A stretch of 56,627 nucleotides of DNA from NCBI GenBank assembly GCA_963840855.1, contig CAWJBB010000048.1, forward strand, positions 1 through 56,627. The letters run 5' to 3'. Shown one piece after another: positions 55,907 to 56,627 of this stretch. Below the pieces are notes generated by a model. That model saw only the letters and a list, made by a program, of their open reading frames with translations. It had not been told where the DNA came from and did no database searches. This stretch comes from an uncultured delta proteobacterium (lineage in GTDB: Bacteria > Desulfobacterota > Binatia > UBA9968). The translations under genes and the position numbers were made by a program. Within the stretch, counting starts at the first letter, position 1. The number at the start of each line of letters is the position of its first letter.

Positions 55907-56021
55907 CACGGACGCTACACGGACGCAAAACGGTATCAAACCCGCTGATCGACAGTCAGCCGGGCTTTTGTAACCGGTTTTGCGCTAAAGACTTTTTTAA
56001 GGCGCGTCCGCCTTGCGTCCG
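55907..56021. repeat. Two inverted pairs of direct repeats (CGGACGC, 11-bp period); candidate integrase arm-type sites
   Basis: cacggacgc at 55907 and 55918; gcgtccg at 56004 and 56015. Confidence 0.6.
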
Positions 56022-56043
56022 TTTCCCACGAGGAAACGGCACT

Positions 56044-56490
56044 ATGACTTATCGACTAAAGACCTTCCGCGTGCAGTTCGTGGCAGAGCCTGCGGAGTTT
56101 CCCCACGGCACGCCCTGTAGGTCATCCGACGACGTTCAACGGCTTGCGCGTGCGATCTACGAAACGCTAGACGCGGACAAAGAGCACTTTGTCTTGCTCG
56201 CCATGAACAACAAAAACCGCGTGAACGGCTTCAAGGTCATATCGACCGGAAGCCTTACCGCGTCGCTAGTTCATCCACGCGAAGTCTGGCGGGCAGCGTT
56301 GCACCTTTGCGCGGCTGCCGTAGTTTTCGTGCACAATCACCCGAGCGGCGACCCTGCGCCAAGCCCGGAAGACCAGGAGATTACGCGCCGCTTGAAAGAG
56401 ACCGGCGACACGCTCGGCATCCGCGTGCTTGATCACGTGGTGCTTGGCAGAGATCGCTTTTATTCGTTCAGCGATCAAGGCTTGCTCTAG
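56044..56490 (+). CDS. JAB/MPN domain protein (short RadC-like form)
   Basis: KEHF..L, GSLTASLVHPREV, HNHPSGDPAPSPED, IRVLDHVV; AGGA RBS before the ATG at 56044; no N-terminal HhH domain. Confidence 0.92.
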   Translation: MTYRLKTFRVQFVAEPAEFPHGTPCRSSDDVQRLARAIYETLDADKEHFVLLAMNNKNRVNGFKVISTGSLTASLVHPREVWRAALHLCAAAVVFVHNHPSGDPAPSPEDQEITRRLKETGDTLGIRVLDHVVLGRDRFYSFSDQGLL

Positions 56491-56627
56491 CGGCAGCGCC
56501 CCGTAAAAAACGCTCCACGCAACCAACGCCCCACACCCTACCCTACCGGGTCCCCAATGGCCGGCATCGCCCTACCGGTAAAATCTGATTTCCCGACGCG
56601 TTTTCGGTTTGACACTCTGAACATTGT

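Overview
A bacterial chromosomal segment dominated by core information-processing genes, almost all on the minus strand. Protein sequences and gene order look deltaproteobacterial, possibly Candidatus Binatia-like; that is an inference, not verified. In transcription order (right to left): tRNA-Leu-tig-clpP-clpX-lon; tRNA-Val-tRNA-Asp-rplM-rpsI; lptF-lptG (+); rlmB; tRNA-Thr-Tyr-Gly-Thr-tuf-rpmG-tRNA-Trp-secE-nusG-rplKAJL-rpoBC; then rpsL-rpsG-fusA joined directly to the S10, spc and alpha clusters, ending at rplQ. The left flank (1-6 kb) holds small metabolic genes: Zn-ADH, an isochorismatase-like protein, gfa, a decayed MFS gene, kptA, a beta-hydroxyacid dehydrogenase and a cupin. The right flank (49-56.6 kb) holds moeA, a moeA-PBP fusion, DUF971, a Cache-domain histidine kinase with receiver-domain remnants, and the edge of an integrated element (3' half of tRNA-Lys(CTT) as att site, paired 11-bp-period repeats, a JAB/RadC-like gene). 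Non-obvious signals: (i) about ten intergenic elements built from degenerate 7/8/9-mer tandem repeats, mostly in inverted arrangement, several inside ribosomal-protein transcripts; (ii) a textbook intrinsic terminator between rpsG and fusA, upstream of about 17 kb of tightly coupled r-protein genes; (iii) clean absence of rpmD and of a tuf copy after fusA; (iv) a CTAG-bounded MITE-like element at a promoter -10 box. Several frameshifts (ADH, lon, kinase, a hypothetical gene, MFS) mostly sit in homopolymers and probably reflect long-read consensus errors. I cannot establish a new multi-gene system from the sequence alone; the repeat family, the rpsG-fusA terminator and the island edge are the best leads.
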